Of a stretch of 64,000 nucleotides of DNA, positions 1 through 9,796 are shown piece by piece. The stretch is from Candidatus Thorarchaeota archaeon (GTDB taxonomy: Archaea; Asgardarchaeota; Thorarchaeia; Thorarchaeales; Thorarchaeaceae): positions 1 to 64,000 of the forward strand of contig JBHLRS010000014.1 of NCBI GenBank assembly GCA_048882325.1. Reading direction: 5' to 3'. How positions within the stretch are numbered: the first letter of the stretch is position 1; each line of letters begins with the position of its first letter. Below the pieces are notes generated by a model. It saw only the letters and a program-made list of their open reading frames with translations, was not told the origin of the DNA and did no database searches. A program made the translations under genes and the position numbers.

Positions 1-2
1 GA

Positions 3-170
3 GATGGAAAGATGTTCGTGACTAAATTCAATCACAAAAGTGTACTTGAAAAATTGAAACAACTTGACCAGGCTTGGTATGAAGGGAGAAGACCTCGACC
101 ATCTCAGGACATTCGGAGCTGTAGAGTGTGTCCATATAGTAATGGCAGGTGCAATTACGCTCTGACATAA
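3..170 (+). CDS. 3' end of a Cas4-like / PD-(D/E)XK nuclease family protein (partial)
   Basis: Frame 3 reads ...WYEGRRPRPSQDIRSCRVCPYSNGRCNYALT*. The C-terminal P..CxxCPY..C resembles the three C-terminal Fe-S ligands of Cas4/AddB-type nucleases. The 5' part lies outside the window. Confidence 0.5.
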   Translation, partial: DGKMFVTKFNHKSVLEKLKQLDQAWYEGRRPRPSQDIRSCRVCPYSNGRCNYALT

Positions 171-224
171 AGTGAATACAGCAACACAGACCTTTTTACG
201 TCATAGGCGCAACACTTAGACATC

Positions 225-641
225 ATGCCTCATGAATTGACAAGACTCCTAACGCACGTTATGACAGCTAAAAGAGACCTCAAGCGAGTCTATTATACAA
301 CGCGTAATGTAGATACGAAGTTTGATGTGAAGGAGCTTGTGGCTGCAACGATAACTCTCCAGAGACTGCTTGATGATCTCCGTACAAAACGTCGAACTAT
401 TCGAGCAGCAAAGAGCACACTTGAAGATCGAAAAGCTGGGCTCACGCTTCGACGATGGTCAACAGGATTTCCAAGACGAACAAAGGACTTCGTTACTAAA
501 TCGAAAAAGATGGATCAACAACATCTACGAAAATACCAGCAGGTTCTACTGGAATATATCAATAGTATAAGTAACGAGTTAGTTAAGTGGATTGAAGATA
601 TTGAATCACTGAGGGGCTTGCCTCGTCCTCCAAAAGGATAG
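225..641 (+). CDS. hypothetical basic, helical protein
   Basis: 138-aa ORF filling the gap between genes, R/K-rich, no recognised motif. Confidence 0.6.
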   Translation: MPHELTRLLTHVMTAKRDLKRVYYTTRNVDTKFDVKELVAATITLQRLLDDLRTKRRTIRAAKSTLEDRKAGLTLRRWSTGFPRRTKDFVTKSKKMDQQHLRKYQQVLLEYINSISNELVKWIEDIESLRGLPRPPKG

Positions 642-652
642 TAGATCTAGTT

Positions 653-1732
653 TTACCATCGTAATCTAGCAGCCAATCCACCGAATGATTTCAGTTGTGC
701 ACCTGATTCAGTCTGATTAGAGAAGACGAGTAACTTACTGCCATACGCTCCAACCTCATCATAGAGCTCATCCATCTGGTCTGCAATGTCCTCAATCACC
801 ATGACAGTATCCACTCTACCCTGACGAAGTGCATCCATGACCTCTTTCTTCCCATAGGTTACTGTGTTCAGACCCTTCATCAAGTCTTCCATGAACTGGT
901 CCCATTCCTGTCTCTCGGCATAGATCTCAGTTTCACGAAGAATCCTAGATGCTTCCTTCATCGCTTGGTAGAGACCTGTTTCATCAATGATACTTACTGG
1001 TATGATGGTTTCAGCCACCTTTTCTCTCAGGCGATAGTCAAGGTCACCCTTCTCTAGGAATTCTTGGCAACGGATTGTGTTACCACCTAAGACAATAGCA
1101 TCGACATTATCTATGTTTTCTAGAAGTAATTCTCCCAGTATTCGACCAACATACTTGAAGAACTCCATCATCTTCTCTTCACGAATGCGAAGGTATCGTT
1201 TCGCACTCTGTCCGCCTGCTCTTGTTTTCCCAATTATGTAAAAATCCTCATCTCGAACAAGTTCCATGTGCTTCCCACGAAGATAACCAATAGTGACCTT
1301 TCCACCTTCGATCAGGACTATGACAACGAGACTCTTGGGTTTCGTCATGTTTTCTAGTTCTTCAGTCACAAATTCTCTGCCGCAGAGATAGATGAACTGG
1401 GAGATAGGTGTCGGTGGGACAACTAACTCACGTATTTCATTCCCCGTGCCCCCTTCTTCCTCGACGCCAAAGAAGAATGCCAAACCATTCTCAGGGATGT
1501 CTCCAATCTTCGTCAGTTCACTGAGTATAGCTGTCAGATTGTCAGAAACATTTTTTCGATTGGCTTTACTCTTAATGTTCTCTGCACCTGCAAGTTCAGT
1601 TCTCACAAAACTGATGACATCAGTGAGGTTTTTTGTCGGAGGAACGTAAAGTGTAGTAAACGAACTATGGCGTCCTTGGTAAGCCTTGAGTTGCTCGACT
1701 TTTCGTCTAAGCCTGTGTCTTGCTGCAGACAT
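653..1732 (-). CDS. prf1: peptide chain release factor aRF1
   Basis: NIKS motif (AENIKSK), YxCG motif, GGQ motif (AGGQSAKR), C-terminal FGGLAARLRW. Start placed at ATG 1732 behind GGTGAAGGA. Confidence 0.95.
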   Translation of the reverse strand: MSAARHRLRRKVEQLKAYQGRHSSFTTLYVPPTKNLTDVISFVRTELAGAENIKSKANRKNVSDNLTAILSELTKIGDIPENGLAFFFGVEEEGGTGNEIRELVVPPTPISQFIYLCGREFVTEELENMTKPKSLVVIVLIEGGKVTIGYLRGKHMELVRDEDFYIIGKTRAGGQSAKRYLRIREEKMMEFFKYVGRILGELLLENIDNVDAIVLGGNTIRCQEFLEKGDLDYRLREKVAETIIPVSIIDETGLYQAMKEASRILRETEIYAERQEWDQFMEDLMKGLNTVTYGKKEVMDALRQGRVDTVMVIEDIADQMDELYDEVGAYGSKLLVFSNQTESGAQLKSFGGLAARLRW

Positions 1733-2047
1733 ATCCTTCACCATAGCTGTTTTGTAAATCACTGATTTCTCAAAAAAATCAGAGGCAGTGTCTTTCTGCC
1801 AGGTTCGTTTCCAGTTTGAGCATATTTTAACATTACGTAGCGGCTGTTAGTTCCTTCAGCAGATTATGGTTTTTGGCGACAGATTAAAAAGGTGAGTACT
1901 TAGTTTCAAATTCAAACAGGTGAAGGACGGATGGATAACCGCCAATTTACATACACCCCATAAGGGGGCATTCATTTTATCAAATCAGAGAGTGTGCGGT
2001 GTGTCTATCCAGATTGAATTCAACAGGCTTAGGAGTTTTGGCTACAA

Positions 2048-3559
2048 ATGAGTGAACAGTTGACTGAAGGAGAAAGGACTGTACTTGGAGAACTTGCAAA
2101 CCTAGGCCAGCGTGTCCCAACATCGCAGCTTGCGGATAATCTCAGTCAGAGGGAGGAGAGAGTCAACTCAATTCTCAACTCTCTCGCAAGTAGAAATCTA
2201 GTGAAGATCTACACAAGGGAGATTGTCACCTATTTAGTAACCAAGGAAGGCAGGGTATACGCTGAAGCTGGGCTGCCAGAGGTCAGGCTTTTTGATGGAG
2301 TGAGGGCCCTCGGTGGCAAGGCATCCTTTGATGATGCTGTAGCACACTCTGGACTAGACAATAAGACCAAAGGGATTGCCATGAACTGGGCAAGGAAAAA
2401 TGGATGGCTACAGATATCCAAAGAAGAAGGAGCCACAGTTTTGCAGACTGTAGCCAGTGCTCCAGAGTCAGAGTTGGCTGATGTACTAGCTCAGCTTGCC
2501 TCAGGAAAAGAATCCGTATCTAAAACGCAAGCTGAGGCTCTACAGCAAGCCCTTGAGAGAAAGCTAGCTTCTGAGAGAGTCACCAAGAAGTTCGAAACCG
2601 AGATTGTTGAATCGAGGACCGCAGATATAGACAAGTTACTCTCTGTCGGAGTAAAGGGAATAGGAGATGTTACCCCGGAGATTCTTTCCAGTGGTGCTTG
2701 GAGAAAGGAATCATTCAGACCTTATAATGTCGACATCACACCAGCGTATGCTAACTATGGTAAGAAGCATCCCTACGCAGAGTTCAATGATTGGCTACGA
2801 GAGATAATGATTGGATTAGGATTCACAGAATGGTTTGGTCCATATGTTGAAACAGAGTTTTGGGGACATGATTCATTGTTCGTGCCTCAGGACCATGTAT
2901 CTAGAGAAGTACAGGATCAATTCAGAGTAGCTGCGCCATACGATCACGGAGATATTCTGGATAAGAAGTACTACAAAGCAGTAAAAGCAGTTCATGAGAA
3001 CGGTGGCGACACAGGATCCAAGGGATGGGACTGGCCATATAGTGAAGAGGTGGCAACTCGACTCTGCCTACGTCCACACACAACTCCAGTATCAATGAGA
3101 TATCTATACGAACACCGTGAAGGTCCTCAGAAGATGTTTATCATTGACCGCAACTTCAGGTCCGAAACTCTTAGTGCGACCCACGCTCAGGAGTTCAATC
3201 AATGTGAAGGCATAATCAAAGACGAAGGACTGACACTACGGGATTTGCTCGGGTATCTTACTTCGATATGCAAAGCTGTTGGCATAGAGAAGCTCAAGTT
3301 CAAGCCGGGACAATTCCCATTCACAGAACCTAGTGTTGAAACTTTCGGGAAACATGAGAAATTAGGTTGGATTGAACTAGGAGGTTCAGGCATTTTCAGA
3401 CCAGAGGTGACTCGACCTCTAGGAATCACAGATACGGTGCTTGCATGGGGCATCGGTTCCGGAAGGTTATACATGGCTGCAATGGGAATCAATGACATCA
3501 GAGATCTTTACTCGAGAGATCTTACCTGGCTTAGGAGGAGCCACTTCGTGATTAGGTGA
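2048..3559 (+). CDS. pheS: phenylalanyl-tRNA synthetase alpha subunit (archaeal/eukaryal long form)
   Basis: DSLFVPQDH, LRPHTT, FRSE...HAQEFNQCEG, FPFTEPS, WIELGGSGIFRPE. Confidence 0.97.
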   Translation: MSEQLTEGERTVLGELANLGQRVPTSQLADNLSQREERVNSILNSLASRNLVKIYTREIVTYLVTKEGRVYAEAGLPEVRLFDGVRALGGKASFDDAVAHSGLDNKTKGIAMNWARKNGWLQISKEEGATVLQTVASAPESELADVLAQLASGKESVSKTQAEALQQALERKLASERVTKKFETEIVESRTADIDKLLSVGVKGIGDVTPEILSSGAWRKESFRPYNVDITPAYANYGKKHPYAEFNDWLREIMIGLGFTEWFGPYVETEFWGHDSLFVPQDHVSREVQDQFRVAAPYDHGDILDKKYYKAVKAVHENGGDTGSKGWDWPYSEEVATRLCLRPHTTPVSMRYLYEHREGPQKMFIIDRNFRSETLSATHAQEFNQCEGIIKDEGLTLRDLLGYLTSICKAVGIEKLKFKPGQFPFTEPSVETFGKHEKLGWIELGGSGIFRPEVTRPLGITDTVLAWGIGSGRLYMAAMGINDIRDLYSRDLTWLRRSHFVIR

Positions 3560-5226
3560 TGACTATGATTGTAGAATGTAGAATCGAAGATCTTCTTTCA
3601 CTAATAGGAAAGAAACTCACTCTTGAGCAGCTAGAGGACACTCTTTTTCTCATCAAGGCAGAGATCGAGAAAATTGAGGGAACCATCATTGAGATTGAGG
3701 TCAATCCAGACAGGCAAGATATGCTCTCTACTGAGGGAATTGCAAGAGCAGTCAGGTCTTTCCTTGGTATTGACACAGGTTTGTGGGATTATCCTGTGAA
3801 GAAGTCTGGAAAGCAGATTATTGTAAAATCAGGACTGAGTAAGATAAGACCGTTTATCTGCTGCTCAATAATCAGAGGAATTCCAGCAGATGACGAGTTG
3901 ATCAAGGAGTATATGCATCTTCAGGATGCACTGACCTCGACACATGGCAGGAACAGAAAGAAGGCAAGTATAGGTCTCTATGTCTACGATGACATAGAGT
4001 TCCCTGTGATCTACCAACCTCAAATACCCGAGAAAATAAAGTTCGTACCTCTAGGATATGAGATCGAGATGGATGGTCCAACAATTCTCTCTGAACATGA
4101 AAAGGGAGTTGAGTTTGGGCCAATTATTCAAGGTCACAAGAAATGGCCCATGCTCTATGACTCGAAGAACCAAGTACTGAGTCTCCCGCCAATAATTAAC
4201 AGCAACACCTTGGGTAGGATGACTACAGAAACCAGAAATCTTTTCGTGGAGGTGACAGGGACACACCTATTGACTGTTCATCAAGCACTAAACATCATCA
4301 CAGCTTCATTGGCAGAGAGAGGAGGAAAGATTGAGTCCGTGACAGTGGTTTATCCTGATGGTACAACTGAAGAAACTCCTGATTTCAGACCAGAAAAGAT
4401 GAATCTCAAAATCGATGACATCGTGTCAATGATTGGTTTAGATTTGACGGGGGACCAGATAATCCAAGCCTTAGAGAGAATGGGATATGGGGCGAAGTTA
4501 TCGAAGTCAAATCGTATTCAAGTTTCGATTCCAAAGGTTCGGATGGACATTCTTCATGCTGTCGACATTATAGAGGACATTGCCATTGGTTATGGATTCG
4601 ATAACCTGGACCCGGCGATGCCTCAGACAATGACAACTGGCAAACTCAATCCCATCACACGAATCAAGAACAAGCTAAGGGATCTAATGGTAGGCATCGG
4701 ATACAATGAGGTGATGAACTACATCATGACATCTCCAGAGCTGCTCAATGACAAGATGCTTCGGAACCGTCCGATGGTCGAAACAGGCAATCCGAAAAGT
4801 CGTAACTACTCAGTGCTCCGGAATTCACTCCTACCAGTTCTTCTAGATTTCACCTCACAGAACCAACATGCGGACTATCCGCAGAAGATCTTCGAGGTGG
4901 GAGATGTAGCCATTCCTGATGAAACAATGGAAACGCGGATGGATCAAGTACCATCAGTTTGCGGCTTAGAAACTGACGTAAAAGTGAACATCACTAGACT
5001 AATGGCAGAGATTGGATTTCTACTACGCAATCTTGGACTGGATGGTCGTTTCGAATTCAAATCAGTGAAAAACTCAGATTTCATAGAGGGTCGTTCAGCC
5101 AGCATCAAAGTCGATGGTGAAATATGGGGTCACTTTGGAGAGGTTTCTCCGAAAATACTCACAAACTTTGGTATTGGATATCCAGTAGTTGCATTTGAGG
5201 TGTTCATTCCTCTTGAAATTGGATAG
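3556..5226 (+). CDS. pheT: phenylalanyl-tRNA synthetase beta subunit
   Basis: NPDRQDMLSTEGIAR, LSLPPIINS, RMDILHAVDIIEDIAIGYG. Overlaps the pheS stop codon. Confidence 0.97.
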   Translation: MMTMIVECRIEDLLSLIGKKLTLEQLEDTLFLIKAEIEKIEGTIIEIEVNPDRQDMLSTEGIARAVRSFLGIDTGLWDYPVKKSGKQIIVKSGLSKIRPFICCSIIRGIPADDELIKEYMHLQDALTSTHGRNRKKASIGLYVYDDIEFPVIYQPQIPEKIKFVPLGYEIEMDGPTILSEHEKGVEFGPIIQGHKKWPMLYDSKNQVLSLPPIINSNTLGRMTTETRNLFVEVTGTHLLTVHQALNIITASLAERGGKIESVTVVYPDGTTEETPDFRPEKMNLKIDDIVSMIGLDLTGDQIIQALERMGYGAKLSKSNRIQVSIPKVRMDILHAVDIIEDIAIGYGFDNLDPAMPQTMTTGKLNPITRIKNKLRDLMVGIGYNEVMNYIMTSPELLNDKMLRNRPMVETGNPKSRNYSVLRNSLLPVLLDFTSQNQHADYPQKIFEVGDVAIPDETMETRMDQVPSVCGLETDVKVNITRLMAEIGFLLRNLGLDGRFEFKSVKNSDFIEGRSASIKVDGEIWGHFGEVSPKILTNFGIGYPVVAFEVFIPLEIG

Positions 5227-5264
5227 CTCAAATAAGACCGCAGAAAAGATATAAGAAAAGACCT

Positions 5265-5909
5265 GTGAAAAGTCAAAGTACATCCGGAAAGCGACAACTT
5301 GGGGTGCCCGTACTGACTCAGAGTAACACTTCTACAGAGGCTCTATCCGACGATGGATTTGAAGGTTACAAGTTTCGAGTAGTCTTACTCGGTGAGGCAG
5401 CTGTAGGCAAAACATCGCTTGTGAGGAGATATACTGAGAACACCTTTGATGAAGAGTATAAACAGACCATTGGAACGACCTTTGCTACGAAGGACATTGA
5501 TGTGACCGACAGCAGTGGGAATGTTCGGAAGGTTCGTCTTAATGTCTGGGACATGGGAGGTCAATCGACCTACCGAGAGCTTCGCAGACAGTTCATGAAA
5601 GGAGCCTCAGGCGCCATCATAGTCTTTGATGTCACGCGACCTGAAACATTCATGGCGATGAACAATTGGTTTGAGTCATTCAAAGAGGTCTGTCCAGAAT
5701 CACCTGTCATTATCAGCGCAAATAAGGTGGATCTGGTAGACGAAAGGATGGTCCCTCATGAACCCGGAATGATGCTTCGCGACTGGTTCCAAGCGGAGTA
5801 TTTTGAGACTTCGGCGAAGACTGGCGATGAAGTAACCAATGTGTTTACTCGCATTGCAGAGGTTGTTCTGGAAAAGGCATTATCGGAAAGTAAAGGTCCG
5901 TTGATGTGA
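5265..5909 (+). CDS. Rab-like small GTPase (start uncertain)
   Basis: G1 GEAAVGKT, G2 TIG, G3 WDMGGQ, G4 NKVD, G5 ETSAK. Confidence 0.93.
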   Translation: MKSQSTSGKRQLGVPVLTQSNTSTEALSDDGFEGYKFRVVLLGEAAVGKTSLVRRYTENTFDEEYKQTIGTTFATKDIDVTDSSGNVRKVRLNVWDMGGQSTYRELRRQFMKGASGAIIVFDVTRPETFMAMNNWFESFKEVCPESPVIISANKVDLVDERMVPHEPGMMLRDWFQAEYFETSAKTGDEVTNVFTRIAEVVLEKALSESKGPLM

Positions 5910-5924
5910 GCTCTTCCAGATGAG

Positions 5925-6347
5925 GTGAACGGGAACGTGAAAGTAAGGGACTTCATGACATCATTGATTATCACAGCTGACGCAGAAACCCTTGTTGTGG
6001 ATGCAGCCAGGTTGATGGCAGCTGAGGATGTTGGCAGTCTTTTAATCACGAAATCGGAAGTCCTCGCAGGAATGATCACTCGTCGTGAAGTCATCGGAGC
6101 ACAACTCCTCTCTGATGAATCGTATCATTCACTCTGTGTTGCGGATATCATGACAACACCAGTTGTGACGATCGGCCCAGAAGCGGACATTGGACAAGCA
6201 ATCACTTTAATGAATCAGACTGGGAAGAGACATATCCCAGTTATTGAGGGAAACGACATCATCGGACTTGTCGCAGCTACGGATATAATTAGAGTCTTAG
6301 CGACGATGAAGCTTATTGCCGATGGAGCCCCGATAGTCGAAGATTAA
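5925..6347 (+). CDS. CBS domain pair protein
   Basis: VRDFMT...VGSLLI...GMITRRE and VADIMTTPVVTI...HIPVI...IGLV. Confidence 0.9.
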   Translation: MNGNVKVRDFMTSLIITADAETLVVDAARLMAAEDVGSLLITKSEVLAGMITRREVIGAQLLSDESYHSLCVADIMTTPVVTIGPEADIGQAITLMNQTGKRHIPVIEGNDIIGLVAATDIIRVLATMKLIADGAPIVED

Positions 6348-7057
6348 GCAGGTCTGTATTTCGGTATCTCAGCTTTTATCTCTTTTTTGAGCTTCAGGAT
6401 ATCTCGGGCCTGAAGTTCCTTACGCTTCTGATATCCACCCACAATCCCTGCCCATTGATCTATGTAGACCATGATAGGATCACTTGGCACGATTTTTGTT
6501 ATTGCAGCCTTGGCTTCAGCCATCGCATCCAAGACATCTCCAGCCTTGCAACCCATTTTGAGAGACTTGACTATTGAGTCCAATTGGTCAGCAATCTGCA
6601 TAGCTCGATCAGCTGGTACAGATAACGGAGCTGCGGCTGGAGCAGGTGTTGGTTCAGGGGTGGGAGCTGGAGCAGGTGTTGGTTCAGGGATGGGAGCTGG
6701 AGCAGGCGCAGGTGCTGCAGGAGCAGGTGTTGGTTCAGGGGTAGGAGCTGGCGTAGGCATATTCTCAATGATTTGAATCATTTCATTCCGCAGATTCTCC
6801 ATTGATTGCTGCACAAAAACTCGGATAGCACCAACTTCTTGAACTACCATATTGGCCAACTCTTCCTGATTATCAGGTGCAGAAGTTGGTTGCGGTAAAT
6901 TACCTAATACAGCTAAAATCTCATCCTTAGCGACTCGTACTTCTGACTTTATCTCTGTGACTGTTCCCAGAATAGTGATCATACGTTTTAGAGTCTCACC
7001 AAGTTGGTTGATGCTTTCTTCTATCTTTGTTAACTTGCTAAGGAATTGTTCAGCCAT
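6344..7057 (-). CDS. hypothetical protein: coiled-coil N-terminus, Pro/Ala-rich linker, helical C-terminal domain
   Basis: Long ORF with PTPAPAPTPEP repeats. Likely start is MAEQF at 7057. Confidence 0.8.
   Translation of the reverse strand: MAEQFLSKLTKIEESINQLGETLKRMITILGTVTEIKSEVRVAKDEILAVLGNLPQPTSAPDNQEELANMVVQEVGAIRVFVQQSMENLRNEMIQIIENMPTPAPTPEPTPAPAAPAPAPAPIPEPTPAPAPTPEPTPAPAAAPLSVPADRAMQIADQLDSIVKSLKMGCKAGDVLDAMAEAKAAITKIVPSDPIMVYIDQWAGIVGGYQKRKELQARDILKLKKEIKAEIPKYRPA
6636..6750. repeat. imperfect coding tandem repeat (about 30 bp unit; core GGAGCAGGTGTTGGTTCAGGG present 3 times)
   Basis: Directly visible; encodes the PEPTPAPAP units. Confidence 0.85.
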
Positions 7058-7245
7058 GGGACTCACCATCAGTCGAAGTTTAGCCCGAATATGGAAAATG
7101 TCCAGTATAATCCTTACTATGATGAACCCTCTTCATCTCCAAACCGCTTTGATGAAATCAACGATATTACGAGGATATACTCAGAACTATTATTAATCAA
7201 AATCATTCCAGATGTAACTGGTAGTGCAAATTAGGATGTAGAAAC

Positions 7246-7839
7246 ATGTCTATAGAGGACGCTAGTCACATGTTTAAATTGGTTGCCCTAGGAAATGGGG
7301 CAGTAGGCAAGACTAGCTGTATTAAGAGATACACCGAAGACAGTTTCAACGAGCGTTACATAGCAACGATTGGCACTACATTTGCCTTGAAGACAGTTAA
7401 TACTGTTCTACCTACGGGTAGTACAGTGACTGCACGAGTTGTTCTTTGGGATCTTGCAGGTCAACCCACATACAATGAACTCAGACGCAGGTATATGGCA
7501 GGCGCTTCAATGGCCATAATCGTTTATGATGTGACCCGACCTCAAACATTTTTGGACATTGGTGAGTGGTTCACCAAGTTTATCACTGTGTGTCCCAACG
7601 CGGTGGTTGCGGTCGTCGCAAACAAGATAGACCGCGAGGACAGACTGGTTCCACCGGAAGCCGGTAAAATGGTCACACAGTGGTTGGATGTCATGCACTA
7701 CGAAACCTCTGCCAAGACAGGTGAGAACGTGAGTACACTCTTCACCGATTTGGTTCAAAAGGCGATCGCAAGACAAGCAGAAACGGGTCCACTCGACCCT
7801 ACATCGCAACCGCCAAAACCATTCAAGCTAGGTGTCTAG
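7246..7839 (+). CDS. Rab-like small GTPase
   Basis: GNGAVGKT, TIGTTF, WDLAGQ, NKID, ETSAK. Confidence 0.93.
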   Translation: MSIEDASHMFKLVALGNGAVGKTSCIKRYTEDSFNERYIATIGTTFALKTVNTVLPTGSTVTARVVLWDLAGQPTYNELRRRYMAGASMAIIVYDVTRPQTFLDIGEWFTKFITVCPNAVVAVVANKIDREDRLVPPEAGKMVTQWLDVMHYETSAKTGENVSTLFTDLVQKAIARQAETGPLDPTSQPPKPFKLGV

Positions 7840-7862
7840 GTGGACCACCAGGAAGGATTTGG

Positions 7863-8399
7863 ATGGTCACTAAACTTCAGTACCTGAAAGGCATAATTGG
7901 ACATCTATTCCTATTACTTGTTAATTTCTCAGTTCTAGTTGGAATCATAGAAAGTCTTCAACTATTTACACCAGATCTGCCGTTTCTGAATTTCCTAGTC
8001 CTTGGATACATGCTGGTGCACACGTTCATTCTCCTCACTGTGCAGCAAGGTGTTCAGATACTTGAACTCATCAAGATGCGACTGCCCACGGTCTTAATTA
8101 TGTATTATTTTGAGATAAGTGACCAAGAAACAATCAAGATTCCACTTTTCGATCCCACGAAAAATCGTTTAGCGGTGCTTATACTTCTCCTGGTGATCAC
8201 TGGAGGTCCAATCCTCTATCCAATCTTCGCGATCTATGGTTTTCTACTTGTCTGGGGACATCTTACTATAATTGCGTTGGATCCTGCAAGGATTGTTCAG
8301 TACTTTGGCTTCTTCCTAAACTATGCCCCACCTTTGTTACTAGTCATAGCCGCAGTAATAGTCCTCTCAATTGTTATGATCGAGATGCGCCACGTCTAA
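7863..8399 (+). CDS. hypothetical multi-pass membrane protein
   Basis: 4-5 hydrophobic segments; directly follows the GTPase gene. Confidence 0.75.
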   Translation: MVTKLQYLKGIIGHLFLLLVNFSVLVGIIESLQLFTPDLPFLNFLVLGYMLVHTFILLTVQQGVQILELIKMRLPTVLIMYYFEISDQETIKIPLFDPTKNRLAVLILLLVITGGPILYPIFAIYGFLLVWGHLTIIALDPARIVQYFGFFLNYAPPLLLVIAAVIVLSIVMIEMRHV

Positions 8400-8407
8400 A
8401 ACCCGAG

Positions 8408-9691
8408 TTACTTGAAAACAATAGTGTCAGCCCGGTCAGGACCGATGGATAATAGACTGACAACTGAACTGGTTGTGTGTTCAATAAAACCAAGATACTT
8501 CCGAAGTTGATCTGGGAGGGAATCAACACCGTCTATATTCTGGGAAACCTTAAGTTCTTCAGTCCAACCTTCAAGTTCTTCATATACTGGAGTCACATCT
8601 GAGAGGACCTGAGCACTAGCTGGAAAGCTCTTCGTCTCCTCACCATCGATATCATAGGCGATACAGACTTTCAATGGATCGATTCCAGTCAAGACATCAG
8701 CTTTTGTAATAGCCAGATTATTGGACCCATTCAAGCGAATAGCATAATTCAGGGCAACAAGATCCAACCATCCACACCTTCTCGGTCGTCCAGTGACAGT
8801 ACCATACTCTTTTCCCTGATCTCGAATCCTTTGTCCAATTTCATCATTAAGTTCAGTTGGAAATGGTCCGGTGCCAACTCGTGTCTGATATGCTTTACAG
8901 ATTCCCAGAACTGAATCAAGCTTTAAGAACGACAAGCCTGTTCCTGTTGCTGCTGTCGCAGACACGCAGTTCGAGCTAGTAACAAAGGGATAAGTTCCAT
9001 GATCGATGTCAAGTAATGTTCCCTGAGCACCTTCGAAGAGAATTCGTTTGCCAGATCTGACCGCACTCTCAAGATACTCACCAGAGTCACCAACGTAGCG
9101 GAGCAATTGGTCAACAGATAATGCATATGAATCAAGAGAAGCTACATCGGAGTTTTCAATTGCTGTTTCATGAACCTTCTCGATTAGTGCCTTCGAGGTT
9201 AATTCAAGCTGAGTCCAAGGTTCACTGGGATTATTGACAAAGTCACAAAATCTCAATCCAATTCGTGAAACCTTGTCAGAGTATGTTGGGCCTATACCTC
9301 GCTTAGTAGTACCTAACTTCATACTATGCTTTGATGATTCCCTTAGACTGTCAATCTGAATCTGATACGGTGTGATTAAATGTGCCCTGTCTGAAATCAG
9401 AAGGTCGACTTTTACTCCAGCCAATTTCAATGTTTCAATCTCTTCCAACAGAACTATTGGATCAACTACTACTCCATTCCCAATCACGACCGTTCTCCCT
9501 CTAACTGCTCCAGTGGGAATGATGCGGAATTTGTGGGTCTGATCATCAACGATTACAGTATGACCTGCGTTGCTACCTCCCTGGAAACGAACCACAATGT
9601 CAAAACTCTCAGAAAGAACATCAACAATCTTTCCTTTTCCTTCATCGCCCCATTGCAGTCCCACGACGACTAGGTTTTGTGAAGAGTTCAT
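8408..9691 (-). CDS. purA: adenylosuccinate synthetase
   Basis: GLQWGDEGKGK, GGSNAGHT, EGAQG, GTVTGRPRRCGWLD. Confidence 0.98.
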   Translation of the reverse strand: MNSSQNLVVVGLQWGDEGKGKIVDVLSESFDIVVRFQGGSNAGHTVIVDDQTHKFRIIPTGAVRGRTVVIGNGVVVDPIVLLEEIETLKLAGVKVDLLISDRAHLITPYQIQIDSLRESSKHSMKLGTTKRGIGPTYSDKVSRIGLRFCDFVNNPSEPWTQLELTSKALIEKVHETAIENSDVASLDSYALSVDQLLRYVGDSGEYLESAVRSGKRILFEGAQGTLLDIDHGTYPFVTSSNCVSATAATGTGLSFLKLDSVLGICKAYQTRVGTGPFPTELNDEIGQRIRDQGKEYGTVTGRPRRCGWLDLVALNYAIRLNGSNNLAITKADVLTGIDPLKVCIAYDIDGEETKSFPASAQVLSDVTPVYEELEGWTEELKVSQNIDGVDSLPDQLRKYLGFIEHTTSSVVSLLSIGPDRADTIVFK

Positions 9692-9796
9692 AATCCGGTC
9701 CGGTCGTTAGTTGCTGATAACCATTATGCCTCCAATCGCACTTGGCAATCATGCAGGCATTTAAATTGCGGAGCCACTCTAGGATGTCGATAGACA

